Shown piece by piece: positions 7,766 through 16,740 of a stretch of DNA of 40,168 nucleotides. The notes beneath the pieces are model-generated. The model did not search any database. It had not been told where the DNA came from and was given only the letters and a program-made list of their open reading frames with translations. A program made the position numbers and the translations under genes. This DNA is from Clostridium sp. CAG:389. Lineage in GTDB: Bacteria; Bacillota; Clostridia; TANB77; CAG-508. Every line of letters begins with the position of its first letter. The first letter of the stretch is position 1. The DNA is taken from positions 1 to 40,168 of the forward strand of contig FR901943.1 in the NCBI GenBank assembly GCA_000438255.1, in the 5' to 3' direction.

Positions 7766-10138
7766 TTATTTTCTTATTTCTAGTCCTTTGCTTTCCAAAT
7801 CTTTAATAATATTATCTAAAATACCATTAATTTCATCATCATTTAAAGTTCTATCAGGTGTACCAAAAGTTAATGAATACGCAATACTTCTCTTATTAGA
7901 ATCAATATTTTTACCCTCATAAACATCAAATACATTTATATCCAATAAAAGTTTTCCAGCCTTTTTCTTAATTAGCATTTCAACATCTTTTGATGTAACA
8001 TTTTTATCAACTAGTAATGCTAAATCTTTTTTAATAACTGGGAATTTTGAAATTTCCTTAAATTTCATTTTTCCTACTCTTTTTGCTAGTAATTTATCTA
8101 AGTTGATTTCCATTACATAAACCGCTTCTTTTTCTACTGATGGATGTATTCTTCCAACAATACCTACAACATCATTATTTACTGAAATTTCAGCAGTTTG
8201 ACCTGGATGGAATTCTGCTGGAATTTGTTTTGGTAATACAAAACTATATCTTCCTGCATATCCTAAGTAATCTAATAATTCTTCTGTTACACCTTTGATG
8301 TCATAGAAATCCACATTTTTGTTATGTCCTATTCCTTCATAATATTTTCCTGTCATTAATACACAGATTTTTTGATTTTCTCCGTATTCTTCACCTTTTT
8401 TCCAGAAACCTTTTCCTATTTCAAAAAGACAAACATCTTTGTTTTCACGTGCTTTGTTATATTCATAAATTTTGTATAATGATGGTATCATACTGTATCT
8501 TAATGTGTTTCTTTCTTCTGTTATTGGGTCTAATAATCTGACTTCTTCAAATTCATCTGTTGTGAATTTGTGAACGTCTTTATCATTTATTAAGATATAT
8601 GATAATGTTTCGTTTAATCCCATATTTGACATTTTTGCTCTTATTTTTCTTGTTGTTTTGTCTAAATGTCCCATTTTCATTGGAACTACTGGTAGTTTTC
8701 CTTCTATATTATCAACTCCGTAAATTCTTCCAACTTCTTCTATTAAGTCTGCTCTAATTGATATATCTATTCTTCTTGTTGGTACTGTAACGATTACAGT
8801 ATCTTCTTTTTCTTCTGTTTTGAAGTCTAATTTTCTAAATACATCAACAATATCTTCTTTTGATATATTTGTTCCTAATACATCGTTTATTTCTTTATAT
8901 GATATTTCAATTACTTTTTCATCATTTTTTGTAACATCATATTTTACAATTCCTGTTTCAATTTCTGCATCTGCATATTTTTCAAGTAAAGTACAAGCTC
9001 TTTCCATTGCCATATAAGTTCTTGCAGGGTCTAAGCCTTTTTCAAATCTGTTACTAGCTTCACTTCTTAATATTTTATTTGATGTTTTTCTTACTTTTAC
9101 TGAATCAAATATTGCTGATTCAATTATTACATTTTTAGTTGTTTCTTCAACTTCTGTATCTAAACCACCCATAACACCTGCTAAACCAATGGCTTTTGTT
9201 CCATTTGTTATTACTATATCTTCATTTGATAATGTTCTTTCTGTGTTATCTAGTGTTGTTAATTTTTCTCCATTTTCTGCCATTCTAACAACTATTTTCT
9301 CTCCTAAATTGTCAGCATCATAGAAGTGTAGTGGTTGGCCTAATTCTAGCATTACATAGTTACTGATGTCTACAACATTGTTTATTGGTCTTACTCCACA
9401 AGCTATTAATCTATTTTTAATGAATTCTGGACTTTCTTTTATTGTTACATTTTTAACCTTTTTTGCTAAGAATAATTTACAATTTTCTGTATTTACTTGA
9501 ACTGAGAATTCTTTGTTTACATCTTCTCCATTTTCTTTATATCCATACTCAACTGGTTTTACTTTTTTATCATAGATTGCACCTAATTCGTAAGCCATTC
9601 CTAAAATGCTTAATAAATCTCCTCTGTTTGCTGTTAATTCAAAATCAATAACACTATCATCTAATCCCATATATTTAATTGGATCTTCTCCTACTGGTGC
9701 ATCTGCTGGTAATTCGTGTATTCCATTTTTGTCTGCTTCTGATAAGAATTTTTTGTCAATTCCTATTTCATATAAAGCACATAGCATTCCATTTGATTCT
9801 TTACCTCTTATTGTTCCTTTTTTGATTTTGAAATCTCCTGGAAGTTCTGCTCCGACTTGTGCAACAATGACCTTTATTCCTTTTCTTGCATTTGGTGCAC
9901 CGCAAACTATGTCTAGTACTTCATTTCCTATATCAACTTTGCATAGGTGCAAGTGGTCAGAATCTGGATGCATTTCGCATTCTTTTATTTCTCCTATTAC
10001 TAGTTTTGTTGCATTTACTAGTTTTTCTGCTGAATCATATTCATTTCCAGCTTTTGTCATAGCTTCTGCTATTTGTTTAACATCTAATTCATTATCTAAA
10101 TCTATATAATCTTTTACAAAATTTAAACTTAAATTCAT
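7766..10138 (-). CDS. pheT: phenylalanine--tRNA ligase beta subunit
   Basis: 790-aa ORF with an N-terminal tRNA-binding domain and B3/4, B5 and FDX-ACB-like regions. It lies immediately downstream of pheS, with SD AAGGAG. Confidence 0.95.
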   Translation of the reverse strand: MNLSLNFVKDYIDLDNELDVKQIAEAMTKAGNEYDSAEKLVNATKLVIGEIKECEMHPDSDHLHLCKVDIGNEVLDIVCGAPNARKGIKVIVAQVGAELPGDFKIKKGTIRGKESNGMLCALYEIGIDKKFLSEADKNGIHELPADAPVGEDPIKYMGLDDSVIDFELTANRGDLLSILGMAYELGAIYDKKVKPVEYGYKENGEDVNKEFSVQVNTENCKLFLAKKVKNVTIKESPEFIKNRLIACGVRPINNVVDISNYVMLELGQPLHFYDADNLGEKIVVRMAENGEKLTTLDNTERTLSNEDIVITNGTKAIGLAGVMGGLDTEVEETTKNVIIESAIFDSVKVRKTSNKILRSEASNRFEKGLDPARTYMAMERACTLLEKYADAEIETGIVKYDVTKNDEKVIEISYKEINDVLGTNISKEDIVDVFRKLDFKTEEKEDTVIVTVPTRRIDISIRADLIEEVGRIYGVDNIEGKLPVVPMKMGHLDKTTRKIRAKMSNMGLNETLSYILINDKDVHKFTTDEFEEVRLLDPITEERNTLRYSMIPSLYKIYEYNKARENKDVCLFEIGKGFWKKGEEYGENQKICVLMTGKYYEGIGHNKNVDFYDIKGVTEELLDYLGYAGRYSFVLPKQIPAEFHPGQTAEISVNNDVVGIVGRIHPSVEKEAVYVMEINLDKLLAKRVGKMKFKEISKFPVIKKDLALLVDKNVTSKDVEMLIKKKAGKLLLDINVFDVYEGKNIDSNKRSIAYSLTFGTPDRTLNDDEINGILDNIIKDLESKGLEIRK

Positions 10139-10224
10139 TTTTTATTCTCCTTCCAATTTCTAATTTTCAAAAGAAAGTATAATTTTTTATATTTTATAAT
10201 AAAATTAAATCGCTATTCTTTTAA

Positions 10225-11280
10225 TTATTCTTCATCTTTTCTATCAAATTGACCTAAAAATCTAACATCATTTGTATATAAATATCTCATATCAGTGATT
10301 CCATATCTAAACATAGCTAATCTATCAATACCTGTACCAAATGCAAAACCACCGAATTTTTCTGGGTCATATCCATTCATTTTTAAAACATTTGGATGAA
10401 CAATTCCTGCTCCTAAAACTTCTATCCATCCTGTTTGTTTACATAGATTGCAGCCTTTTCCTCCACATTTAAAACATGTTACATCTACTTCATAAGATGG
10501 TTCTGTGAATGGGAAATAACTTGGTCTAAATCTTAGATCTAAGTTTGCTCCTATTATTTTTCTAACAAAAACTTCTAATGTTCCTTTTAAATCTGCAAGT
10601 GAAACATTTCTTTCTTTTTTGTCTATTACTAATCCCTCTATTTGATTGAATTGATGTGAATGTGTTGCATCGTCTTCTCTTCTATATGTTTTTCCTGCTG
10701 TAATCATTCTTATTGGTGATTTTTCTGTGTTTGCCATCATTGTTCTTGCTTGAACTGCTGATGTTTGTGTTCTTAATAAATATTCGTCTGTTATATAGAA
10801 ACTGTCTTGCATATCTCTTGCTGGATGTCCTTTTGGAAGGTTTAATCTTTCAAAACAATATTCATCATTTTCAAGTTCTGGTCCTGTTACTACATCATAT
10901 CCCATTGATACAAATAAGTCTTCTATGTCTTCTATTATTCTTGTTACAGGGTGTAAGCTTCCTCTTTTCATTTTTGTACTTGGTAATGTGATGTCTATTT
11001 TTTCTGCTTCTAGCTTCTTGTTTAATTCTTCTATTTTGAATTTTTCTTCTTTTTCTTCTATTAATTTTTCTAAACTTTCTTTTGCTTCATTTACTAATCC
11101 ACCTATTATTGGTCTTTCTTCTGGGCTTAGTCCTCCCATTCCTCTTAAAACTGCTGTAAGTTCACCTTTTTTTCCTAGATATTTTACTCTTGCATTTTCT
11201 AGTGTTTGTAAGTCTTCTGCTTTTGCTATTTCTTCAATAGCTGTTTTTTTGATATTTTCAATTTGTTCTTTCATTTTCAT
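10225..11280 (-). CDS. pheS: phenylalanine--tRNA ligase alpha subunit
   Basis: 351-aa ORF with class II motifs ([36 protein letters not shown]). The start could instead be the second ATG at 11274, which has better SD spacing. Confidence 0.95.
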   Translation of the reverse strand: MKMKEQIENIKKTAIEEIAKAEDLQTLENARVKYLGKKGELTAVLRGMGGLSPEERPIIGGLVNEAKESLEKLIEEKEEKFKIEELNKKLEAEKIDITLPSTKMKRGSLHPVTRIIEDIEDLFVSMGYDVVTGPELENDEYCFERLNLPKGHPARDMQDSFYITDEYLLRTQTSAVQARTMMANTEKSPIRMITAGKTYRREDDATHSHQFNQIEGLVIDKKERNVSLADLKGTLEVFVRKIIGANLDLRFRPSYFPFTEPSYEVDVTCFKCGGKGCNLCKQTGWIEVLGAGIVHPNVLKMNGYDPEKFGGFAFGTGIDRLAMFRYGITDMRYLYTNDVRFLGQFDRKDEE

Positions 11281-11385
11281 ACTCCTTTCTTTTCACTTTT
11301 TGTCCTTTTTATCATTTTGTCCTTTTGGGGACGTTTCTTTTTGGGACTTTGTATATTTGGGTGATGACATTTCAGTAAATTTAGA

Positions 11386-11676
11386 TATAAAAAAGTCCAT
11401 TTCTGTCCTAATAGCACTATTAAATTTTGTGCTTATAGGACGAAATGGACTTTTGTTCTCGATTCCGTGGTACCACCTATTTTTATTAGTTTTAATATTA
11501 TATATCCTCTGTTGAATTTTATATAATATAAATTTTTAACTAACCTTATTTTAGTTCTAACGTTACAACCGCTTCTTTCTACTTATTGTATTTTATCTTT
11601 GTTCAAAAGAAGTCTTAAAAAGTGAAATTTCTACATATTTATACAAATATCTCTCAGCCTCTGTGTTATAATTCAC
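11386..11676 (-). promoter_or_regulatory. T-box riboswitch leader for pheST (probable UUC specifier)
   Basis: Minus strand carries the T-box sequence AGGTGGTACCACGG (11478-11465) and a GAGAGA box near 11655. The candidate specifier is AAATTTCAC, with TTC at 11626-11624. The long terminator is AAAAGTCCATTTCGTCCTATAAGCAC...GTGCTATTAGGACAGAAATGGACTTTTTT (11454-11386). Confidence 0.8.
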
Positions 11677-11682
11677 TTCCTT

Positions 11683-11711
11683 ACTATATTTAATAATGGA
11701 ATAAATTGTAA
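11683..11711 (-). promoter_or_regulatory. sigma-A type promoter for the pheST leader
   Basis: Minus strand has TTACAA, a 17-nt spacer and TATAGT. Confidence 0.45.
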
Positions 11712-11845
11712 CACCTTGGATATTTTCTCTGTTATTTTCAAACATATATACTTTGCTTTTTAATTAGATTTTTTATATTAATAATTTTAAATTTTTATTT
11801 TATTATATTAGCACAATTCAAAATGTTTTACATGTTTTTTCTATT

Positions 11846-13993
11846 TTATTCTTTAATTTCAGTATTTTCATCTGAATTGTCTTCTGATTTTTCATCAGAT
11901 AATATAGCTGTTAAATTTACTCTACCTTGTTCATCAATATCTGTAACTTTTACAGTTACTTTATTTCCAACATGAAGAACATCTTCAACTTTCTTAATTC
12001 TTTCCTTAGAAATTTTTGAAATGTGTAATAATCCTTCTTTTCCAGCTACTCCTAAGTCAACAAATGCTCCAAAGTTCATTATTCTTGTGACTGTTCCAAG
12101 GTAAATTCCACCAACTTCAACTTCTCTAACTATATCTTCTATCATATCTAATGCTTCATTAGCTTTTTCAGAATCATTTGAATAAATCATTACTTGTCCA
12201 TCTTCTTCGATGTCTATTTTTACACCTGTTGCATCAATTATTTTGTTTATAGTTTCTCCACCTTTTCCGATTACATCTTTGATTTTTTCAACTTTTATTT
12301 TTGTTGATACTATTCTTGGTGCGTATTTTGATATTTCTGTTCTTGGTTTAGAAATTACTGGTGCCATTACATCTTCTAAGATGTGTTTTCTAGCTACTCT
12401 TGTTCTAGCAAAGGCTTCTTCAATAATTTTGTATGATAATCCGTCAACTTTGATGTCAACTTGGATTGCTGTTATACCTTTTTCTGTTCCACCAACTTTG
12501 AAGTCCATATCTCCGAAAAAATCTTCTAGACCTTGGATATCTGTTAACATTACATAGTCATTTTCGTCATTAGGATTTGTTACAAGTCCTGTTGATATAC
12601 CTGCAACTGGTCTCTTAATTGGTACACCTGCTGCCATTAATGATAATGTGCTTCCACATATACTTGCTTGTGATGTTGAACCATTTGATGATAATACTTC
12701 TGATACAACTCTTATTGCATATGGGAATTCTTCTTTTGATGGTAATACTGGAACTAATGCTTTTTCTGCTAATGCTCCATGTCCTATTTCTCTTCTTCCT
12801 GGTCCTCTTGGTGGTCTAGCTTCACCTACACTGTAACTTGGGAAGTTGTATTGATGCATATATCTTTTTGATTCTTCTGTATCAATTCCGTCTAATGTTT
12901 GTTCTTCACTTATCATTCCTAATGTTGTAACTGAAAGTACTTGTGTTTGTCCTCTAGTAAATAATGCACTTCCGTGTACACGTGGTAATAAGTCTATTTC
13001 ACATGATAATGGTCTTATTTCGTCTATTGCTCTACCATCAACTCTTTTATGTTCATAGAATATCATATCTCTTACTGTCTTTTTCTCTAATTTGTAGATT
13101 GCTTCTCCTATGTCTGCTTTGTGTTCTGCTGTTGCTTCTTCTCCAAATTTTTCAGCATATGCTGTTACTATTTTTTCTGATACAGCTGCAACATTGTTGT
13201 CTCTTGTTTCTTTGTCTGCTTCTTGAAGTGCTTGTTTTACATCTTCTGCAAAGTTTGTTTCTATAAACTCATATATGTCATGGTCAACTGCAAATGATTT
13301 GTATTCAAATTTTGGTTTTCCAATTTCTTCTTTCATTTTTTCGATGAATTTACAAATCTTTTTGATTTCTTTGTGTCCTTCTTTGATTGCTTCTAACATA
13401 ACATCATCTGGAACTTCATTTGCTCCTGCTTCAATCATAGCTATTTTTTCTTCTGTTCCTGCTACTGTTAATGTTAAATCAGATACTTCTCTTTGTGCCT
13501 CTGTTGGGTTTATAACTATTTTACCATCAACCAATCCAACATTTACTGCTGCTGTTGGTCCTCCAAATGGTATATCTGATATTGAAAGTGCTGCTGATGC
13601 TCCTATCATTGCTGCTACTTCTGGTGAGTTGTCTTGTTCTACTGAAAGTACTGTTGCTACAACTACTACATCATTTCTAAAATCTTTTGGGAATAGTGGT
13701 CTTAGCGGTCTATCTATTGCTCTTGATGTTAATATAGCTTTATCACTTGGTTTTCCTTCTCTTTTTTGGAATGATCCTGGAATTTTTCCAACTGCATATA
13801 GTTTTTCCTCATAATCTACTGATAGTGGAAAAAAGTCTATTCCATCTCTTGGTTCTTTTGATGCTGTAACGTTTACCATTACAACTGTGTCTCCATATCT
13901 TACTGTTACACTTCCATTTGCTAAGCCTGCAAATTTTCCTGTTTCTATTGTTAATTTTCTTCCTGCTAATTCTGTTTCATAAGTTTTAAACAT
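11846..13993 (-). CDS. pnp: polyribonucleotide nucleotidyltransferase (PNPase)
   Basis: Two RNase PH domains plus KH and S1 domains are recognisable. I place the start at ATG 13993 (MFKTYETELAGRKL), preceded by AAGGAAG. The 20-codon ORF-track extension is unlikely to be translated. Confidence 0.95.
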   Translation of the reverse strand: MFKTYETELAGRKLTIETGKFAGLANGSVTVRYGDTVVMVNVTASKEPRDGIDFFPLSVDYEEKLYAVGKIPGSFQKREGKPSDKAILTSRAIDRPLRPLFPKDFRNDVVVVATVLSVEQDNSPEVAAMIGASAALSISDIPFGGPTAAVNVGLVDGKIVINPTEAQREVSDLTLTVAGTEEKIAMIEAGANEVPDDVMLEAIKEGHKEIKKICKFIEKMKEEIGKPKFEYKSFAVDHDIYEFIETNFAEDVKQALQEADKETRDNNVAAVSEKIVTAYAEKFGEEATAEHKADIGEAIYKLEKKTVRDMIFYEHKRVDGRAIDEIRPLSCEIDLLPRVHGSALFTRGQTQVLSVTTLGMISEEQTLDGIDTEESKRYMHQYNFPSYSVGEARPPRGPGRREIGHGALAEKALVPVLPSKEEFPYAIRVVSEVLSSNGSTSQASICGSTLSLMAAGVPIKRPVAGISTGLVTNPNDENDYVMLTDIQGLEDFFGDMDFKVGGTEKGITAIQVDIKVDGLSYKIIEEAFARTRVARKHILEDVMAPVISKPRTEISKYAPRIVSTKIKVEKIKDVIGKGGETINKIIDATGVKIDIEEDGQVMIYSNDSEKANEALDMIEDIVREVEVGGIYLGTVTRIMNFGAFVDLGVAGKEGLLHISKISKERIKKVEDVLHVGNKVTVKVTDIDEQGRVNLTAILSDEKSEDNSDENTEIKE

Positions 13994-14382
13994 TGTATTT
14001 TCTTCCTTTCCTTTTTCGTCTTTTTTGCACCATTTTTTAATTAATTCAAACATATTGTTTTCCTTTCTCTTTGCTTTTATTTGTTTTCTCTCATCCGGAA
14101 ACTTTAATAAGTTTTGAACATGATATTCACAATTAAAAGTAAAATATATTTATTTTAAATTTGAGCCGTATTTAGATTGTAACCTCTATAATATTCTGGT
14201 TTAATATTCAACCTTTTTTTCTTGAATATTAATATCTAGTTATAAATATTTGTGTGATATCCAGCACATTATACAAGCTACTTACCTAAATTCTTGGCTC
14301 TTTTTTCAACCATTGGGGACGTTGTTAAATTGGTTAATTTTCTATCTTTTTAGTTTTGTCCCTATGTGTTGACTTTTTCCAC

Positions 14383-14419
14383 AAAAAGCCTATGCTAAAT
14401 CTTTTGTTTTGCATAGGCT
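14383..14419 (-). terminator. intrinsic terminator after rpsO
   Basis: Minus strand reads AGCCTATGC-loop-GCATAGGCT followed by TTTTT. Confidence 0.7.
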
Positions 14420-14430
14420 CTTATATGAAA

Positions 14431-14694
14431 TTATTTTCTTAATCCTAATTTTTCAACGATGTCTCTATATCTTTGTACATCTTTTTTTGCTAGGTAGTTT
14501 AGTAAATTTCTTCTTTTACCAACCATTTTTAATAATCCTCTTCTTGAATGATTATCTTTAACATGTACTTTTAAGTGTTCTGTTAATTCATTAATTCTTT
14601 CTGTTAAAAGAGCGATTTGTACTTCTGATGATCCAGTATCGTTTTCTTCTCTTTTATATGTGTTAATGATTTCTTGTTTTCTTTCTTTTGTCAT
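14431..14694 (-). CDS. rpsO: 30S ribosomal protein S15
   Basis: 87-aa ORF with [52 protein letters not shown] lies upstream. Confidence 0.95.
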   Translation of the reverse strand: MTKERKQEIINTYKREENDTGSSEVQIALLTERINELTEHLKVHVKDNHSRRGLLKMVGKRRNLLNYLAKKDVQRYRDIVEKLGLRK

Positions 14695-14785
14695 TTCTTT
14701 ACACCTCCTATTTTTTTACTCCTTTAACTGAGCTTTTAGCTTTGGTGCTTTGCTTGAAAAGCTAAGTAAAAGGTTTACCTTGAAT

Positions 14786-14814
14786 AGTATACTATATTTT
14801 TTTATATTTATCAA
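14786..14814 (-). promoter_or_regulatory. sigma-A type promoter for rpsO
   Basis: Minus strand has TTGATA, a 17-nt spacer and TATACT, about 90 nt upstream of the rpsO ATG. Confidence 0.55.
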
Positions 14815-14856
14815 GGGTTTTGGAAAAATTTTGTTAAAGTATTTGATGTTATTTTA

Positions 14857-14888
14857 AAAGTATTACATTTTTAGTTGTAATACTTTTA
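14857..14888 (-). terminator. AT-rich hairpin terminator after the 14898-15218 gene
   Basis: AAAAGTATTACA-8 nt-TGTAATACTTTT is a perfect 12-bp stem with T-runs on both sides. Confidence 0.45.
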
Positions 14889-14897
14889 AAATATAAA

Positions 14898-15218
14898 TTA
14901 ACAAACAAGAATTCTTCCAAACGCTTCTACACCTCTTTTGGTTCTTCTTTTATGTTCTCTTAGTTCATTTAATATTTTGGAATGTTCTCTATTATCCCTT
15001 TCTTCAATTTTAACGCATAATTCGTTAATTTGAGTTCCTACATCTGCTGATATTGCTTCTATAGTTTCACTTAATTTTTTGTCAAACTCATCTCTTAAAG
15101 TTGTAACAATTCTATCTTCTGTTTTTTCAAATTTTTGATCAATTCCATCAAATCTTTGGTTCATTTGTTTTAGTTGTACATTAATATTCTCAAGCTCTTT
15201 TAATATTTTTTCTTCCAT
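14898..15218 (-). CDS. hypothetical coiled-coil protein (about 106 aa)
   Basis: ORF with a heptad-like K/E-rich sequence. I place the start at ATG 15218 (MEEKILKELEN), with GGAGG 7 nt upstream. The ORF-track TTG start reads through the RBS. Confidence 0.55.
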   Translation of the reverse strand: MEEKILKELENINVQLKQMNQRFDGIDQKFEKTEDRIVTTLRDEFDKKLSETIEAISADVGTQINELCVKIEERDNREHSKILNELREHKRRTKRGVEAFGRILVC

Positions 15219-15311
15219 TGACATACCTCCTTCCATTAAATATTCACTATATAGAAATACTCTTTTTCTAGACAAAAAATTTAAAACATCATAATTTATT
15301 TTTATAAAAAC

Positions 15312-15340
15312 ATTATAATATCAATTTTTTCAAAAGTCAA
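15312..15340 (-). promoter_or_regulatory. sigma-A type promoter for the 14898-15218 gene
   Basis: Minus strand has TTGACT, a 17-nt spacer and TATAAT. Confidence 0.55.
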
Positions 15341-15555
15341 TATTTATCTCAAAGTTTATTTTTATTTTTTCTCTGTTAATTATATTTAAATTTAATTTTC
15401 TGGGAATCTACTCGATTAAAAGTTAATATAAAAAAATTTGAATTAAAACTATATATCTATATAGCTGTATTATGTATATCATAGTATTATAAATTTGTAA
15501 ATAAAAATCACAAAATTTACATCAAAAATCGACCGCAAAATTCGACAAATAAATA

Positions 15556-15590
15556 CAATAAAAGTGAGACAATTTTGCACTGTCCCACTT
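15556..15590 (-). terminator. intrinsic terminator after gap
   Basis: Minus strand reads AAGTGGGACA-loop-TGTCTCACTT followed by TTATT, 12 nt after the stop. Confidence 0.55.
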
Positions 15591-15601
15591 ATCTCATTTT
15601 A

Positions 15602-16618
15602 TTATCCTAATTCTGCAAAATATTTAATAGTTCTAACCATTTGGCTTGTATAAGAATTTTCATTATCATACCAAGAAACAACTTGAACTTGATATAAACC
15701 ATTTCCAATTTCTGTTACCATAGTTTGAGTTGAATCAAATAATGAACCATATCTCATTCCAATAACATCAGAAGAAACTAAATATTCATCTGTATATCCA
15801 AAAGATTCACTACTTTGAGCTTTCATTTCAGCATTAATTGATTCTTCTGTTATATTTTCACCTTTAACAACTGCAACTAATATTGTTGTTGAACCTGTTG
15901 GAACTGGAACTCTTTGAGCTGAACCTATTAATTTTCCGTTTAATTCTGGTATAACTAATCCGATTGCTTTTGCTGCACCTGTTGTATTTGGTACAATATT
16001 AACAGCTGCTGCTCTTGCTCTTCTTAGATCTCCTTTTCTGTGTGGTCCATCTAATACCATTTGGTCACCTGTGTAAGCATGGACTGTTGTCATTATTCCT
16101 GATTGAATTGGTGCATAGTCATTTAATGCTTTTGCCATTGGTGCTAAGCAGTTTGTTGTACATGACGCTGCTGATATTATTTTGTCTTCTGGTGTTAATA
16201 CATTTTGGTTTACACCATAAACTATTGTTGGTAAGTCTTTTCCTGCTGGTGCTGAAATAACTACTTTTTTAGCTCCTGCATCAATGTGTGCTTGTGCTTT
16301 ATCTTTTGATGTATAGAATCCTGTACATTCTAGAACTACATCTACTCCTATTTCTCCCCAAGGTAAGTTTGCTGCATCTTTTTCTGAATATATTTTTATT
16401 GTTTTTCCATCTACTGTTATTGAATCTTCTCCTGCTTCTACTGTTTCAGCTTTTTCATATCTTCCTTGTGCTGAATCATATTTTAATAAATGAGCTAACA
16501 TTTTTGGACTTGTTAAATCATTTATTGCTACGATTTCATATCCTTCTGCTCCAAACATTTGTCTAAATGCTAGACGTCCTATACGTCCAAATCCATTAAT
16601 GGCTACTTTTACTGACAT
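15602..16618 (-). CDS. gap: type I glyceraldehyde-3-phosphate dehydrogenase
   Basis: 338-aa ORF with INGFGRIGR (NAD binding), the active site SCTTNCLAP and WYDNE near the C-terminus. SD AAAGGAGG lies upstream. Confidence 0.95.
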   Translation of the reverse strand: MSVKVAINGFGRIGRLAFRQMFGAEGYEIVAINDLTSPKMLAHLLKYDSAQGRYEKAETVEAGEDSITVDGKTIKIYSEKDAANLPWGEIGVDVVLECTGFYTSKDKAQAHIDAGAKKVVISAPAGKDLPTIVYGVNQNVLTPEDKIISAASCTTNCLAPMAKALNDYAPIQSGIMTTVHAYTGDQMVLDGPHRKGDLRRARAAAVNIVPNTTGAAKAIGLVIPELNGKLIGSAQRVPVPTGSTTILVAVVKGENITEESINAEMKAQSSESFGYTDEYLVSSDVIGMRYGSLFDSTQTMVTEIGNGLYQVQVVSWYDNENSYTSQMVRTIKYFAELG

Positions 16619-16740
16619 AATAAAATTCCTCCTTTAATTTAGCATTGGTTTTCCTTTGCTTTTTCTTTTTAGTATTACCATATTTTTTTTGGCAATTCAA
16701 TTTTATATCAAATTTATTTTATTTTCAAGTGTTATTGATA

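Noticed and set aside
9606-10109. Representative of many long plus-strand ORFs (for example 840-1190, 1418-1864, 10925-11515, 13275-13814, 19679-20191, 22665-23150, 29602-30168, 34462-34932)
   Set aside because: All are embedded antisense within confidently identified minus-strand housekeeping genes. All have S/F/L/I-rich low-complexity translations, lack RBSs and show no recognisable motifs. They are mirror-frame artefacts.
13994-14053. N-terminal extensions suggested by the ORF track (pnp 14053, yqeG 7550, hypothetical 3864, 22108, 15275)
   Set aside because: In each case an internal ATG is preceded at 5-9 nt by a clear Shine-Dalgarno sequence that the extension would read through. The extension often begins with TTG and adds non-conserved residues.
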